Assembly: GCA_963765205.1 (NCBI GenBank)
Contig: CAVXVB010000011.1
Coordinates: 128,001 to 192,000, forward strand
Source of the DNA: an uncultured Verrucomicrobiae bacterium
GTDB taxonomy: Bacteria > Verrucomicrobiota > Verrucomicrobiia > Opitutales > JABDGR01
Direction of reading: 5' to 3'
DNA length: 64,000 nucleotides
Shown here piece by piece: positions 31,435-41,303 of the stretch; position 1 is the first letter of the stretch; every line of letters begins with the position of its first letter. A program made the position numbers and the translations under genes. The notes below the pieces were generated by a model, which was given only the letters and a program-made list of their open reading frames with translations, ran no database searches and was not told the DNA's origin.

Positions 31435-33210
31435 TTAATGGTGCCGGCCTCTGGAGAGCCAGAAGAACACCAGACCCATGAGGATCCAAGCCACGACCGT
31501 GCCGATGATGATCGGTGCCATGCGCCGCGCGCCACTCCAGGGCTGCGGCGCGCGCAGGCGTTCGAAGCGGTTGGTCATCACGACGGACTCGTAGTTTTCC
31601 AATTCCCGCCGCATTTCGCCGGCGTTGGCGTAGCGCTTGGCGGGGTCGCGCTCCAGCGCGTGGAGGATGATTTCCTCCAGCACGGGCGTGAGCTGGTGGT
31701 TGAGTTTGCGCGGTGCCTCGGGGTCGCCGGTGACGCGCGCATTCATGACCACATAGGGGCTTTCGCCCTGGAAGGGCGTCGAGCCGGTGACCATTTCATA
31801 AAGGATCGCGCCGAAACTGTAGATGTCGCTGCGATGGTCGCCGCGCTTGCCTTTGACCTGCTCGGGCGACATATAGTCGGGCGTGCCCATGACTGGGGAG
31901 AAACCTACAAAAGTCAGCCGCCGCGCGCCTTCCGCCCGCGCGATGCCGAAGTCCATCAGGCGGATGCTGCCGTCGCGGCAGAGCATGACGTTGTGGGGCT
32001 TGAGGTCGCGGTGGGTGATGCCCTGCTTGTGCATATATTCCAGCGCCTCGCAGATTTTCACGGCGATTTTCACCGCCTCCGGCTCGGGCAGGACTTTTTG
32101 ATGCTTCAAATAGTCATTCAGCGTTTCGCCTTCGAGGAACTCCATCGCGATATACGGCCGGCTCTTGTTCTCCACCTTGATGAACTTGAGGATGGACGGA
32201 TGGCTCAGGCGCAGGCCGATTTCCTCCTCGCGCTTGAACCGGTCAAAGCCCGCAATATCGCTTTCCAACGCCATCAGCGGCACTTTGATGGCGACGCTTT
32301 CGCCGTTCTGTCGGTCTTCGGCGCGGAAAATCGAGGCCATGTTGCTGCGCGCGACGAGGTCGGTCAGCTCGAAACGCCCGTCGAGCAACTGGCCGACGGC
32401 CAGGTCGCCGGATTGGCTGGCGGATTTCTGGGCCGGGCCGGTCGCTTTCTTCTTGGCGACGGTTTCCCAGTCTTTGATTTGCAGCAGTTGCAGGGAAAGA
32501 TTGTCGTCCGAGCCGCGTTTTTCCGCGAGGGCGGACAATTTGCGGCAGGCGTCGAAGGGGTGGTTTTTGGAAATAATGTCGCACATTTCGTCGTCGAGCA
32601 CGAAGGCGTGCAGGCCATCGGTGCAGTGCATGATGAAGTCGCCGTGCTGGATTTCGACGCTGGTAAAATCAGGCATACACATGGGGTCAAGGCCGAGGCT
32701 GCGGGTCAATTGACTGCGCTGGGGGCTGGCCATGGCCTGGCGCTCGAGCATCAGGCCCAGTTTGACCGTCAGGGCGGTGGCAATATGGTCGTTGGTCAGG
32801 CGCTGGATGGTATTTGAGCGGATGAGGTAGGCGCGGCTGTCCCCCACGTGCGCGACGTAGGCGGTGTGGTTGCGGATGATCGAGGCCACCAAGGTCGTGG
32901 CCATGGAGCCAAGCCGTTGTGCCAGGGCGGCGTCATGCACTCGGGCGCAGGCGCGGTTGAACATCTGGCGCAGCAGCGCCGTCGGCGCCGTGTCCACGGT
33001 GGCTTCCTGAAATACTTTCAGCGCTTCGTCCACGGCCATCTTGCTGGCCACTTCGCCATGGCCGAGTCCGCCGACGCCGTCGGCGAGCAGCGCGACGCTG
33101 CCCTGCTTGTCCCGCACCAGCGGGTCGGGCGATTCCCAGAAATCAATCCAATCCTCATTGTTGGGGCGGACCGGGCCGGGCGTGGTGAAGCGGGCGTAGC
33201 GGATGCGCAT
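31435..33210 (-). CDS. Bifunctional PP2C phosphatase - Hanks Ser/Thr kinase with C-terminal membrane anchor
   Basis: PP2C motifs NED, LADGVGG, HVGDSR, CTDGL, DNLS. Kinase motifs VAIK, HRDLKPHN, DFG, GTPDYMSPE, DIYSFG. Terminal TM. Confidence 0.95.
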   Translation of the reverse strand: MRIRYARFTTPGPVRPNNEDWIDFWESPDPLVRDKQGSVALLADGVGGLGHGEVASKMAVDEALKVFQEATVDTAPTALLRQMFNRACARVHDAALAQRLGSMATTLVASIIRNHTAYVAHVGDSRAYLIRSNTIQRLTNDHIATALTVKLGLMLERQAMASPQRSQLTRSLGLDPMCMPDFTSVEIQHGDFIMHCTDGLHAFVLDDEMCDIISKNHPFDACRKLSALAEKRGSDDNLSLQLLQIKDWETVAKKKATGPAQKSASQSGDLAVGQLLDGRFELTDLVARSNMASIFRAEDRQNGESVAIKVPLMALESDIAGFDRFKREEEIGLRLSHPSILKFIKVENKSRPYIAMEFLEGETLNDYLKHQKVLPEPEAVKIAVKICEALEYMHKQGITHRDLKPHNVMLCRDGSIRLMDFGIARAEGARRLTFVGFSPVMGTPDYMSPEQVKGKRGDHRSDIYSFGAILYEMVTGSTPFQGESPYVVMNARVTGDPEAPRKLNHQLTPVLEEIILHALERDPAKRYANAGEMRRELENYESVVMTNRFERLRAPQPWSGARRMAPIIIGTVVAWILMGLVFFWLSRGRHH

Positions 33211-33307
33211 GAAGCGTCCACAATAAACACCAAGCCCGGCTGGGCAAGCAAAAGCCTGCCCAGCCGGGCCGTTCAGTGTTTGGTTCGCGCGGTTCGCGCC
33301 GTGTGGT

Positions 33308-35512
33308 TTAGGCGGACGTCGCGGGTTTCTGCGTGAGGAAGATCTCCTTGTTCTTGGATTTGCTCTTGGACACGAGGTGAATCACACCCCAGATGCCCCA
33401 GAGGGCGACCACCGTGAGGGCGATATACGATTCGTGCCAACTCATGCCAGCCACGAAGAACGGCCCAATCAAGTAGAACAACATGCAGAGGAAGTTGGCC
33501 AGGACGCCGAACACCGGAATCACCACATGCTTGACTCCATGGAAGGTATGATGTTCGCGGAAGGCAATGATGGCCACGACATTGGTCGTCATGTAGAGCA
33601 GGAACATGCCGAAGGTGCTGATTAACGAGACGATCAGCAACGTGTTGGGCAGATAAGTATAGGAGTGTGGTGAGAAGATCCCGAAGCTATACCAGAAGTT
33701 GTGCTTGTCCAACGGCGCCAAATCCGAGCTTTGGGCCCCCAGGTAAATCGCGACTGTAACGAAGCTGATGATGATGGAAATCCAGCACAGCGTCCAGATT
33801 GACTTGTGGGGCGTCAGGGTTTTCTCGTGCAGCAAGCCGAAGTGGGCACCCATCTCTTCGTCGCGGCCCATCGCATAGGTGACCCGTGCGCCGGTATTCA
33901 GGCAGGCCAGCGTCGTGCCGATGAGCGCGAGGAACACGGTGACGGCTTCCACCTCCATGAAGGCTCGACCGGCGGAGAAGCTGCCAAACAGCCACGAGCC
34001 GGTGAGGACCATCAGGTCGCCAATCGGCGCGCCCGAGGCGCCGGCATCGGGGAGGGTGTAACCGCTGTTGAGCACATAGTTGGACGCGAAGTATTCGAAC
34101 AGGTAGCAAATCGCGCCCTGAATCACCAGCGCCAGGAGGATTGCGCGCGGGAGGTCCTTCTTCGGGTTTTTCGCCTCTTCACCCATGGCCGAGCAGGACT
34201 CGAAACCGCACAGGCAGAGAATGGCGATGCAGGCCTGCACCATGAGATTACTGAATCCATGCGGCATAACGACCGAAGACCCGTTGGGATGGTAATTGAA
34301 GGTCAGCGGCTGCTTGGGGCTGCCATCAATTCCACTGATGCCGCCCCCATCGGGCGTGTAGCTAACAATGAACGGGTCCGGCACGAGTTTGCCGTCAACC
34401 TTAAGCAACTTGGTAGCGTCCTTGGGATCCTTTTGGAATACAGGATACGGGTCGCCGCTGCTGAGGCCCAAGGCCTTCAACGCGGCCAGCCGGTCGGCAC
34501 CTTCGCCGTCCTTGTTCTTGGTCGCATCCAAGTCATCATCCGTGACTTGGCGGTCCTGCTGCTTGTAGGCCACCACGGGTTGCACCTTGCCGTCCTTGTC
34601 CTTGAGGTATTTGGTGGCATCCTTGGGATCCTTTTGGAAATCCGGCTTCGGGTCGCCCACCACCAAGCTCAGCGCCTTGTAGCCAGCCAGCGCGTCTGCA
34701 TCCTTGTTTTTGGCGGGATCCAGGTCATCGGCCGTTATGTTGGCGGACGACGTGTATTTCGGCGAATTATCGGCCCAAGTGTCTTGCTGCGGTTGTTGCA
34801 CGCCTTTATCATCGGGCGCGGTCACATTGACGGAGTCCACATTGTAAGTCACCGCCGTGCCGTTGGACAAGTGCCAGCCTACCGAGCCTTCCTTGTGCTG
34901 GAGGCGATAGGAGATGGCGATGATCCCGAAGACCACCAAGGCGATAATTTGGATGGCATTGACAGCAATATTGACGACGGTCGAGCCGGTGACGCCACGG
35001 TAGGATATCCAACAGGTGAAGATGGCGAAAACGATGCAAAACAGGATCATTTCCAGCGGGCTGTTATACACCGAACTGAAGGTGTTGGGCCAGATGTAGC
35101 CGGAGATGTAGCCGATGAAAATGGCCGTCACCCCAACCATGACCCCGGGATAGACCCAATAATACAAGTGGCTGGCCCAGCCGGTAAAGAACTTGACCAC
35201 GCGGGCATACTTGTAAGTCGAGTGTTTGGCCAAGAACGTCTGTTCCGCGTAGAAATACGAGGAGCCTGCCCCTGGATACAGTTTGGATAGTTCCCCGTAG
35301 CTGACCGCCGTGGCAAAGCACAGCAGTAAAGCCATTAAGAACCCAAACCACATGGTTTGGCCGGCCATCGGCGCGCCATAGAGACTTTGTTCTTGGAAGG
35401 TGAGCCAGAGGAAGGCGCCCGGAGCGATGAGCGCCATCGAGTTGATGGTTAACCCCGTGAGGCCCAGAGTGGGCTTCATTGTCGGAGTCGTAGGTGTTGG
35501 TGAGTCGGCCAT
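33308..35512 (-). CDS. APC-family permease, copy A, with large soluble insert
   Basis: LGLTGLT..MALIAPG, ELSKLYPGAGSSY, GFES..MGEEAKNPKKDLPRAI and ARVTYAMGRD. Start at MADSPTPT. Confidence 0.92.
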   Translation of the reverse strand: MADSPTPTTPTMKPTLGLTGLTINSMALIAPGAFLWLTFQEQSLYGAPMAGQTMWFGFLMALLLCFATAVSYGELSKLYPGAGSSYFYAEQTFLAKHSTYKYARVVKFFTGWASHLYYWVYPGVMVGVTAIFIGYISGYIWPNTFSSVYNSPLEMILFCIVFAIFTCWISYRGVTGSTVVNIAVNAIQIIALVVFGIIAISYRLQHKEGSVGWHLSNGTAVTYNVDSVNVTAPDDKGVQQPQQDTWADNSPKYTSSANITADDLDPAKNKDADALAGYKALSLVVGDPKPDFQKDPKDATKYLKDKDGKVQPVVAYKQQDRQVTDDDLDATKNKDGEGADRLAALKALGLSSGDPYPVFQKDPKDATKLLKVDGKLVPDPFIVSYTPDGGGISGIDGSPKQPLTFNYHPNGSSVVMPHGFSNLMVQACIAILCLCGFESCSAMGEEAKNPKKDLPRAILLALVIQGAICYLFEYFASNYVLNSGYTLPDAGASGAPIGDLMVLTGSWLFGSFSAGRAFMEVEAVTVFLALIGTTLACLNTGARVTYAMGRDEEMGAHFGLLHEKTLTPHKSIWTLCWISIIISFVTVAIYLGAQSSDLAPLDKHNFWYSFGIFSPHSYTYLPNTLLIVSLISTFGMFLLYMTTNVVAIIAFREHHTFHGVKHVVIPVFGVLANFLCMLFYLIGPFFVAGMSWHESYIALTVVALWGIWGVIHLVSKSKSKNKEIFLTQKPATSA

Positions 35513-35633
35513 GGTTAATAAGTCGTTTGAGGGTTGAACTGACGTCCAGAACAATAGCAGCCGTTGGGCCACAACGAGTTAAGAAGCGGGTAAGAAAATT
35601 TCAAAATCCGTTTGTTTTCCGTATATTTATACT

Positions 35634-35646
35634 TATCAATGAGTTA
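35634..35646 (+). promoter_or_regulatory. IHF binding site
   Basis: TATCAATGAGTTA matches WATCAANNNNTTR exactly, in an AT-rich context about 50 bp upstream of the -24 element. Confidence 0.65.
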
Positions 35647-35694
35647 AGGAAAAGATAACGAATCTGCATAAGTTATGAAAAAATCGTTTATTCG

Positions 35695-35710
35695 TGGCAT
35701 GGAAGGTGCT
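35695..35710 (+). promoter_or_regulatory. sigma54 (-24/-12) promoter facing APC copy B
   Basis: TGGCAT-GGAAG-GTGCT: GG (35696-35697) and GC (35708-35709) separated by 10 nt. Confidence 0.7.
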
Positions 35711-35815
35711 TAAAGCGACCCACGACGCCTTCCCGTTTCTCTTCCCAGGCCGTGTAATTCACAGCCCGAATTAGCCGGGGGGGCGTCCAGCTAAACCTTC
35801 AACCGACTTATAACC

Positions 35816-38021
35816 ATGGCCGATTCACCAACACCTACAGCACCTTCAATGAAGCCCACGCTGGGCCTCACGGGGCTTACGTTTAACGCGATGGCACTCA
35901 TCGCTCCCGGCGCCTTCCTCTGGCTGACCTACGAAGAGCAATGCCTTTACGGCGCGCCGATGGCCGGCAGCTCCATGTGGTTCGGCTTCTTAATGGCTTT
36001 ACTGCTGTGCTTTGCCACGGCCATGAGCTACGCCGAACTGACCAAATTATACCCGGGCGCGGGTTCCTCGTATTTCTACGCGGAACAGGCCTTCCTGTCG
36101 AAGTCCCAAGCCTTCAAATACGCCCGCGTCATGAAGTTCTTTGTCGGCTGGGCCAGCCATCTTTACTACTGGGTCTATCCGGGCTTGATGGTCGGGGTGA
36201 CGGCCATTTTTATCAGTTATATTTCCGGCGTCGTCTTCCCCAACACCTTCAGTTCCACCTATAACAGCCCGTTGGAAATGATCATCGTTTGTATTGTGTT
36301 CGCCATCGCCGTATCCTACATCGCCTACCGCGGGGTGAACGGCTCGACCGGGGTGAACATCGCGATGAATGTCATTCAGATTGGCGCTTTGCTGGTGTTT
36401 TCCTTTATGGCCGTCGGCTATCGCATGAGTCACAAGGAAGGTGCCGCCGCCATCCACCTGTCCAACGGCACCGCCGTTAACTATCAGGTGGATTTCGGCT
36501 AATGTGACCGCCCCCGATGACAAAGGCGTGCAACAACCCGTGCCCGACTCCTGGGCCGACGGTTCACCGAAGTTCGTGCAGGACGGTACCCGCCTGGTGG
36601 TTGCGGATGACTTGGACAAGACCAAGAACGCGACGGGTGAAGGCGCCGATCGCCTGGCCGCCCTCGTCGCCGCCAACCTCACCGTCGGCGACCAGTATCC
36701 GACCTTCACCATGGACAAGGACGGCAAAACCCTCCTCAAGGACAAGGACGGCAAGCTGACGCCCGTGGCCGCCATCAAGCAGCAGGACCGTGCCGTCACG
36801 GACGATGACCTCAATGCTGCGAGCAAGGATCCCGCCGTCCTGGCCGCCCTGCCCACCTTGAAGAGCATGGGTTTGAGCACGGGCGACCCCTACCCGGTTT
36901 TCGTCAAAGACAAGGACGGCAAGATCACCGGGCCGGCGCCGTTTACCATCAGCTACACGCTGGAAGGTGGTGGCATCAGTGGTTCCGGCACCGCGAAGGA
37001 CCCGACCACGTATAACTATTCCCCGAATGCGGGCTACGTCGTCGCCCCGCACGGGTTCAGTAACATCATCGTGCAGGCTTGTATCGCGATTCTTTGCCTG
37101 GTCGGCTTTGAATCCGTCTCCGCGATGGGTGAAGAAGCCAAGAACGCGAAGCGGGACATCCCGAAAGCCATTCTGCTCTCGCTGGTCATCCAGGGCGCCT
37201 TCTGCTACCTGATTGAATACTTCTGCGCCAACTTCTTCCTCAATAGTGGCTACACGATGCCCGATGCGGGCGCGTCCAGCGCGCCCATCGGCGACATGAT
37301 GAAGATCGTAGGCATGTGGGCCTTTGGCAGCCCCGGTGCCGGCGTCGCCTTCATGGAAGTGCAAGCCGTCACCGTGTTCCTGGCCCTGATTGGCACGACC
37401 TTGGCCTGCCTCAACACCGGCGCGCGCGTTACCTACGCGATGGGCCGCGATGAAGAGATGGGCGCCCACTTCGGCATGTTGCACGAGAAGACCCTCTCGC
37501 CCCACAAGGCCATCTGGACGCTGTGCTGGATTTCCATCGTCATCGGCATCATCACCTGCGCCATTTGGAATGGCGGGCAATCCTCGGACCTGCCGGCGCT
37601 GGACAAGCACAACTTCTGGTATAGCTTCGGCATCTTCTCGCCCCATGCCTATACCTACCTGCCGAACACCATCCTCATCATCACGCTGATCAGCAACTTC
37701 GGCACGTTCCTGCTCTATATGACGACCTGTATCATCGCCATCGTGGCCTTCCGCGAGCACCACAGCTTCCACGGCTTCAAGCATGTGGTCGTTCCGGTCT
37801 TCGGCGTGATAGCGAACTTCATCTGCATGCTGTTCTACTTGATCGGGCCGCTACCCGTGAATGGCTCCAGCCTCGTGGCCGGCATGAGTTGGCACGAGCC
37901 GTATATCGCCCTCTCGGTGGTCGCCATCTGGGGCATCTGGGGTGTGATCTACTTCAGCATGAGGAGCAAGTCGAAGAACAAGGAGATGTTCCTCACGCAA
38001 AAACCGGTCACCTCGGTCTAG
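35816..38021 (+). CDS. APC-family permease, copy B; +1 frameshift at ~36494
   Basis: Colinear paralog of copy A. Removing one T in GATTTCGGCT restores VDSANVTAPDDKG, matching VDSVNVTAPDDKG in copy A. Confidence 0.92.
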
Positions 38022-38101
38022 TTGCCAAGGCCGCCGTGCTTTGAATTCGAGCAGCCAGCCGGCGGGAGGCCCGCGCAATTGCGCCGCCCCCCTGAAAAAT
38101 C

Positions 38102-38137
38102 AACAGGCCCGTTCTTCGGAACGGGCCTGTTTTTTTT
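38102..38137 (+). terminator. Rho-independent terminator
   Basis: Perfect 13-bp stem AACAGGCCCGTTC / GAACGGGCCTGTT with TTCG loop and T-tract. Confidence 0.92.
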
Positions 38138-38226
38138 GCGCAATTTGCCCCCGGCTCATTTTTTCCCTGGGTGACTTTTCACATAGGCTTTACCAACCCC
38201 GGCTGAACCCCTAGGATTAGGCCACC

Positions 38227-38487
38227 ATGTCCAATAGACATCCCGCCGATCAAAAGAGACCTCGCAAACTGGCCCCGGTCTGGAGAGCCTTGATCGAGGT
38301 TGGTTTCATTGTCTTTTTGTATTATTCCAATCTTTTGATGGGCGAATTTGAAGGCTCGGGACCAGCCCAAAGCCGGGGGCTGTGGTGGGCGCTGCATGAC
38401 ATATTTTCAGCACCCAATTTCGCGATTGCCCTGGCCACCGCGCTCATCGGTTACCTGGTCTTTGAGTTCCTGAGGAAAAGATTTTAG
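38227..38487 (+). CDS. Small two-TM hypothetical protein
   Basis: 86-aa ORF, IEVGFIVFLYYSNLLMGEF..IGYLVFEFLRK; TTTACC-N17-TAGGAT just upstream. Confidence 0.7.
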   Translation: MSNRHPADQKRPRKLAPVWRALIEVGFIVFLYYSNLLMGEFEGSGPAQSRGLWWALHDIFSAPNFAIALATALIGYLVFEFLRKRF

Positions 38488-38554
38488 CGATCCACGAATG
38501 GCGTTGCCGTTACAGCGGTCGTTATCCTTGGCGTGCCCTCCGTGGTTAAAATTC

Positions 38555-40033
38555 TTATTTTCCCGCCGCCCGCCCGTCCTCCAGCCACGGCATCGGCTGG
38601 CCCACCACGGGCGAGACATAAATGCTCCCGACGGACGGGGCGATTTTGATTTTGTCGTTCTTGAGCATTTTCAAAATCTCCGCGCCGGCGAGCAGCGTCG
38701 GGCCATAGCCGTGCAGGGCGGTCACGCTCGTCGGCCGGTAATAATAATAGGGCACGCTCAAATCGAAATTCGTGCCGACGCAGGTGCCCTCGACCTGGCC
38801 CTGGTCGTTCACGCGCGCGGCGACGGCGTTCCAGCCGGTGATGGCCTCGGTGCCGAAGGCGGGGCTGATCCAACCTTGGTTGATGCCGTGCGCGAAGGCA
38901 TACACGAACATGGCCGAGGCTGAAGTTTCGAGATACGAGTCATTGCGGTCGAGCAACTGGTGCCAGAGGCCGTCGGCGGATTGCCGCGCCGCCAGCCCGC
39001 GCACATGCGCGCGGTAAAGCGTCAAAATCGCCCCGCGCGCGGGATCCGCCGCCGGCAGCGCGTCGAGCAGCTCGCACATCGCCATGACGCACCAGCCGTT
39101 GGCGCGCGCCCAGTGAATATCAACCGGGTCGGGGTTGGTCGTGATCCAGCCGTGGCGGAAAATCCCCAGCTCGGGCTGAAACAGCCGCGCGGACATTTGG
39201 GTGACCTGCTTCACCGCGTCATCAAAATATTTTTTGTCGCCGGTGGCCTTGCCCATCCAGGCCAGCGCGGGCACGCTCATATACATGTCGTCGGCCCAAA
39301 TCGTGTCCGGCATTGGGATGTGGCGCGCGATGGTCCCGTCCGCCAGACGCGGCACTTGGGTCATGATGAAGTCCATCCACGCATTCGTGACGGCGGACAA
39401 ATCCGGCCCCACGCCCGCGAGGCGCGCCTTGAGCAGCCCGGCGCACAGCGCGCCACATTGGTCAAGCGAGTAGGGTGTCCGCAGCCCGCCCAAGCCGCCG
39501 CCGCCGCGTCCGCCGCGCGGCCCCGCACTCGCGCCCGCTGCGCCGGCCGGGGTGACCTTGAGGTAGTTTGCCATCACATTAAGACGTTTTGTAATATAGT
39601 CGTTATATTTCGCGTCCCCCGTGGCGTCGGCGGCATCCAGCATCCCGATGAAGACCACACCCTCCTCATACGTGAGCAACGGGAATGCGACAGCCCCGCC
39701 CCGCTCGACGGTCGCGCCCGCGACCGGCTGGGAAAAGTCGGTGACTTCCTGGCCGCCGCCGTCCATGAGCCGGCCCGGCGTGGCCGTCTCCATATACCCG
39801 CGCACGCGGTCGAGCGTGGTGGTGATTTCGTTGGCGGTCGGCACGCGATAAACATTCTGGTAAACCGGGTTGGTGGCCGGTTGGGCCGCCCCACCGCCTT
39901 GCTGCACGGGCGGCAGCGGCGCCATCTGCGCACGCGCCGCCTGCTCGGACAGCAAAAGGAGGGCAATGCCGGAAGATAGGCTGCGGCGTATAATGGATGA
40001 CCGGGAGAGGAAGAGGGTGGGAGTGGGGTTCAT
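38555..40033 (-). CDS. GH105 (GH88/105) unsaturated rhamnogalacturonyl hydrolase
   Basis: TIWADDMYMSVP, HWARANGW, GLWHQLLDRNDSYLETSASAM and GTCVGT. Confidence 0.9.
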   Translation of the reverse strand: MNPTPTLFLSRSSIIRRSLSSGIALLLLSEQAARAQMAPLPPVQQGGGAAQPATNPVYQNVYRVPTANEITTTLDRVRGYMETATPGRLMDGGGQEVTDFSQPVAGATVERGGAVAFPLLTYEEGVVFIGMLDAADATGDAKYNDYITKRLNVMANYLKVTPAGAAGASAGPRGGRGGGGLGGLRTPYSLDQCGALCAGLLKARLAGVGPDLSAVTNAWMDFIMTQVPRLADGTIARHIPMPDTIWADDMYMSVPALAWMGKATGDKKYFDDAVKQVTQMSARLFQPELGIFRHGWITTNPDPVDIHWARANGWCVMAMCELLDALPAADPARGAILTLYRAHVRGLAARQSADGLWHQLLDRNDSYLETSASAMFVYAFAHGINQGWISPAFGTEAITGWNAVAARVNDQGQVEGTCVGTNFDLSVPYYYYRPTSVTALHGYGPTLLAGAEILKMLKNDKIKIAPSVGSIYVSPVVGQPMPWLEDGRAAGK

Positions 40034-40119
40034 AGCCGGAATGGGGTGGGTGAAGCTCCTGCTTACACCATTTTTATTGTGCTGTCTAAAAGTTTGTTTC
40101 CGCACAAAATGCCCGCCCC

Positions 40120-41190
40120 ATGAAACTTGGCCTCGGCCTTTACCGGCACATGCTTACCCCCGACCAGTTCCGCTTCGCGCGGCAGATCGGGGCCACCCAC
40201 ATCGTTGCGCACCTGGTGGATTACTTCAAAAGCGGCGCGCATGTCACGCGCGACAACCAGCCCACCGGTGCCAGCGGCGGCTGGGGCCTCGCGGGCGACC
40301 CCAACGTTTTGTGGTCGGTCGAGGAATTGATCGCGCTGCGCCGCAATGTCGAGGCCAAGGGGCTGAAGCTCGAGGCCATCGAGAACTTCGACCCCGCGCA
40401 CTGGCATGATATTTTGCTCGATGGCCCGAAAAAACGCGCGCACCTCGAAAACGTAAAATCCATCATCCGCCGCCTCGGCGTGGCGGGCATCCCGGTGATG
40501 GGTTATAATTTCAGCCTCGCGGGCGTCTGCGGGCGTTCGAGTGGCCCCTATGCGCGTGGCGGCGCGGAGTCCGTCGGCGTCTTTGCTCCTTACGACGAGC
40601 CGATGCCGCGCGGCATGGTCTGGAACATGGTTTACGACCCCGCCGCGCCCGCCGGCGACGTGCCGCCGGTTTCCTCCGGGGAATTGTGGCGGCGGCTGGA
40701 AGAATTTTTGCGCGAGTTGCTCCCCGTCGCCGAGGAAGCCGGCGTGAAACTCGCCGCCCATCCCGACGACCCGCCGCTGCCCACGATGCGCGGCCAGCCG
40801 CGTCTGGTCTTCCAGCCGCGCCTCTACCAGCGCCTGCTCGACCTCTCACCCAGCCCTGCAAACACGCTCGAATTCTGCATCGGCTCGCCCGCCGAAATGA
40901 CCGAGGGCGACATCTACGAAACCGTCGCTCACTATGCGCGGCAGGGCCGGCTGGGCTACGTGCATTTCCGCAACATTCACGGCCACGTCCCCCATTACCA
41001 CGAGACCTTTGTGGACGATGGCGATGTTGACATGCTGCGCGTCCTGCGCATCCTCAAAGAGAGCGGTTTTGACGGCGTCATCATCCCCGACCATACCCCC
41101 CAAGTCCACTGTGCCGCGCCGTGGCATGCCGGCATGGCCCATGCCCTGGGCTACCTGGCCGCGGCGCTGCAATCACTGAATGCGAATTAA
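40120..41190 (+). CDS. uxuA: Mannonate dehydratase
   Basis: GYNFS, LPVAEEAGVKLAAHPDDPP, VHFRN, ETFVDDGD and IPDHTP. Confidence 0.9.
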   Translation: MKLGLGLYRHMLTPDQFRFARQIGATHIVAHLVDYFKSGAHVTRDNQPTGASGGWGLAGDPNVLWSVEELIALRRNVEAKGLKLEAIENFDPAHWHDILLDGPKKRAHLENVKSIIRRLGVAGIPVMGYNFSLAGVCGRSSGPYARGGAESVGVFAPYDEPMPRGMVWNMVYDPAAPAGDVPPVSSGELWRRLEEFLRELLPVAEEAGVKLAAHPDDPPLPTMRGQPRLVFQPRLYQRLLDLSPSPANTLEFCIGSPAEMTEGDIYETVAHYARQGRLGYVHFRNIHGHVPHYHETFVDDGDVDMLRVLRILKESGFDGVIIPDHTPQVHCAAPWHAGMAHALGYLAAALQSLNAN

Positions 41191-41293
41191 GAATTAAGAT
41201 TTACGGAATTATGAAGTAGCAGCTTAAGCTGCCAAGCGCCCGCGGATTTTTTTTGGCTTTTGTTTCCTAAATCATAATTCCTAAATCATAATT
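41184..41293. repeat. Intergenic palindrome of heptamers (GAWTTAN)n enclosing a GTAG-initiated hairpin
   Basis: GAATTAA GAATTAA GATTTAC GGAATTAT ... TTCCTAAATCATAATTCCTAAATCATAATT; GCAGCTTAAGCTGC perfect palindrome at 41219-41232. Confidence 0.8.
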
Positions 41294-41303
41294 TTCCCCC
41301 GCC

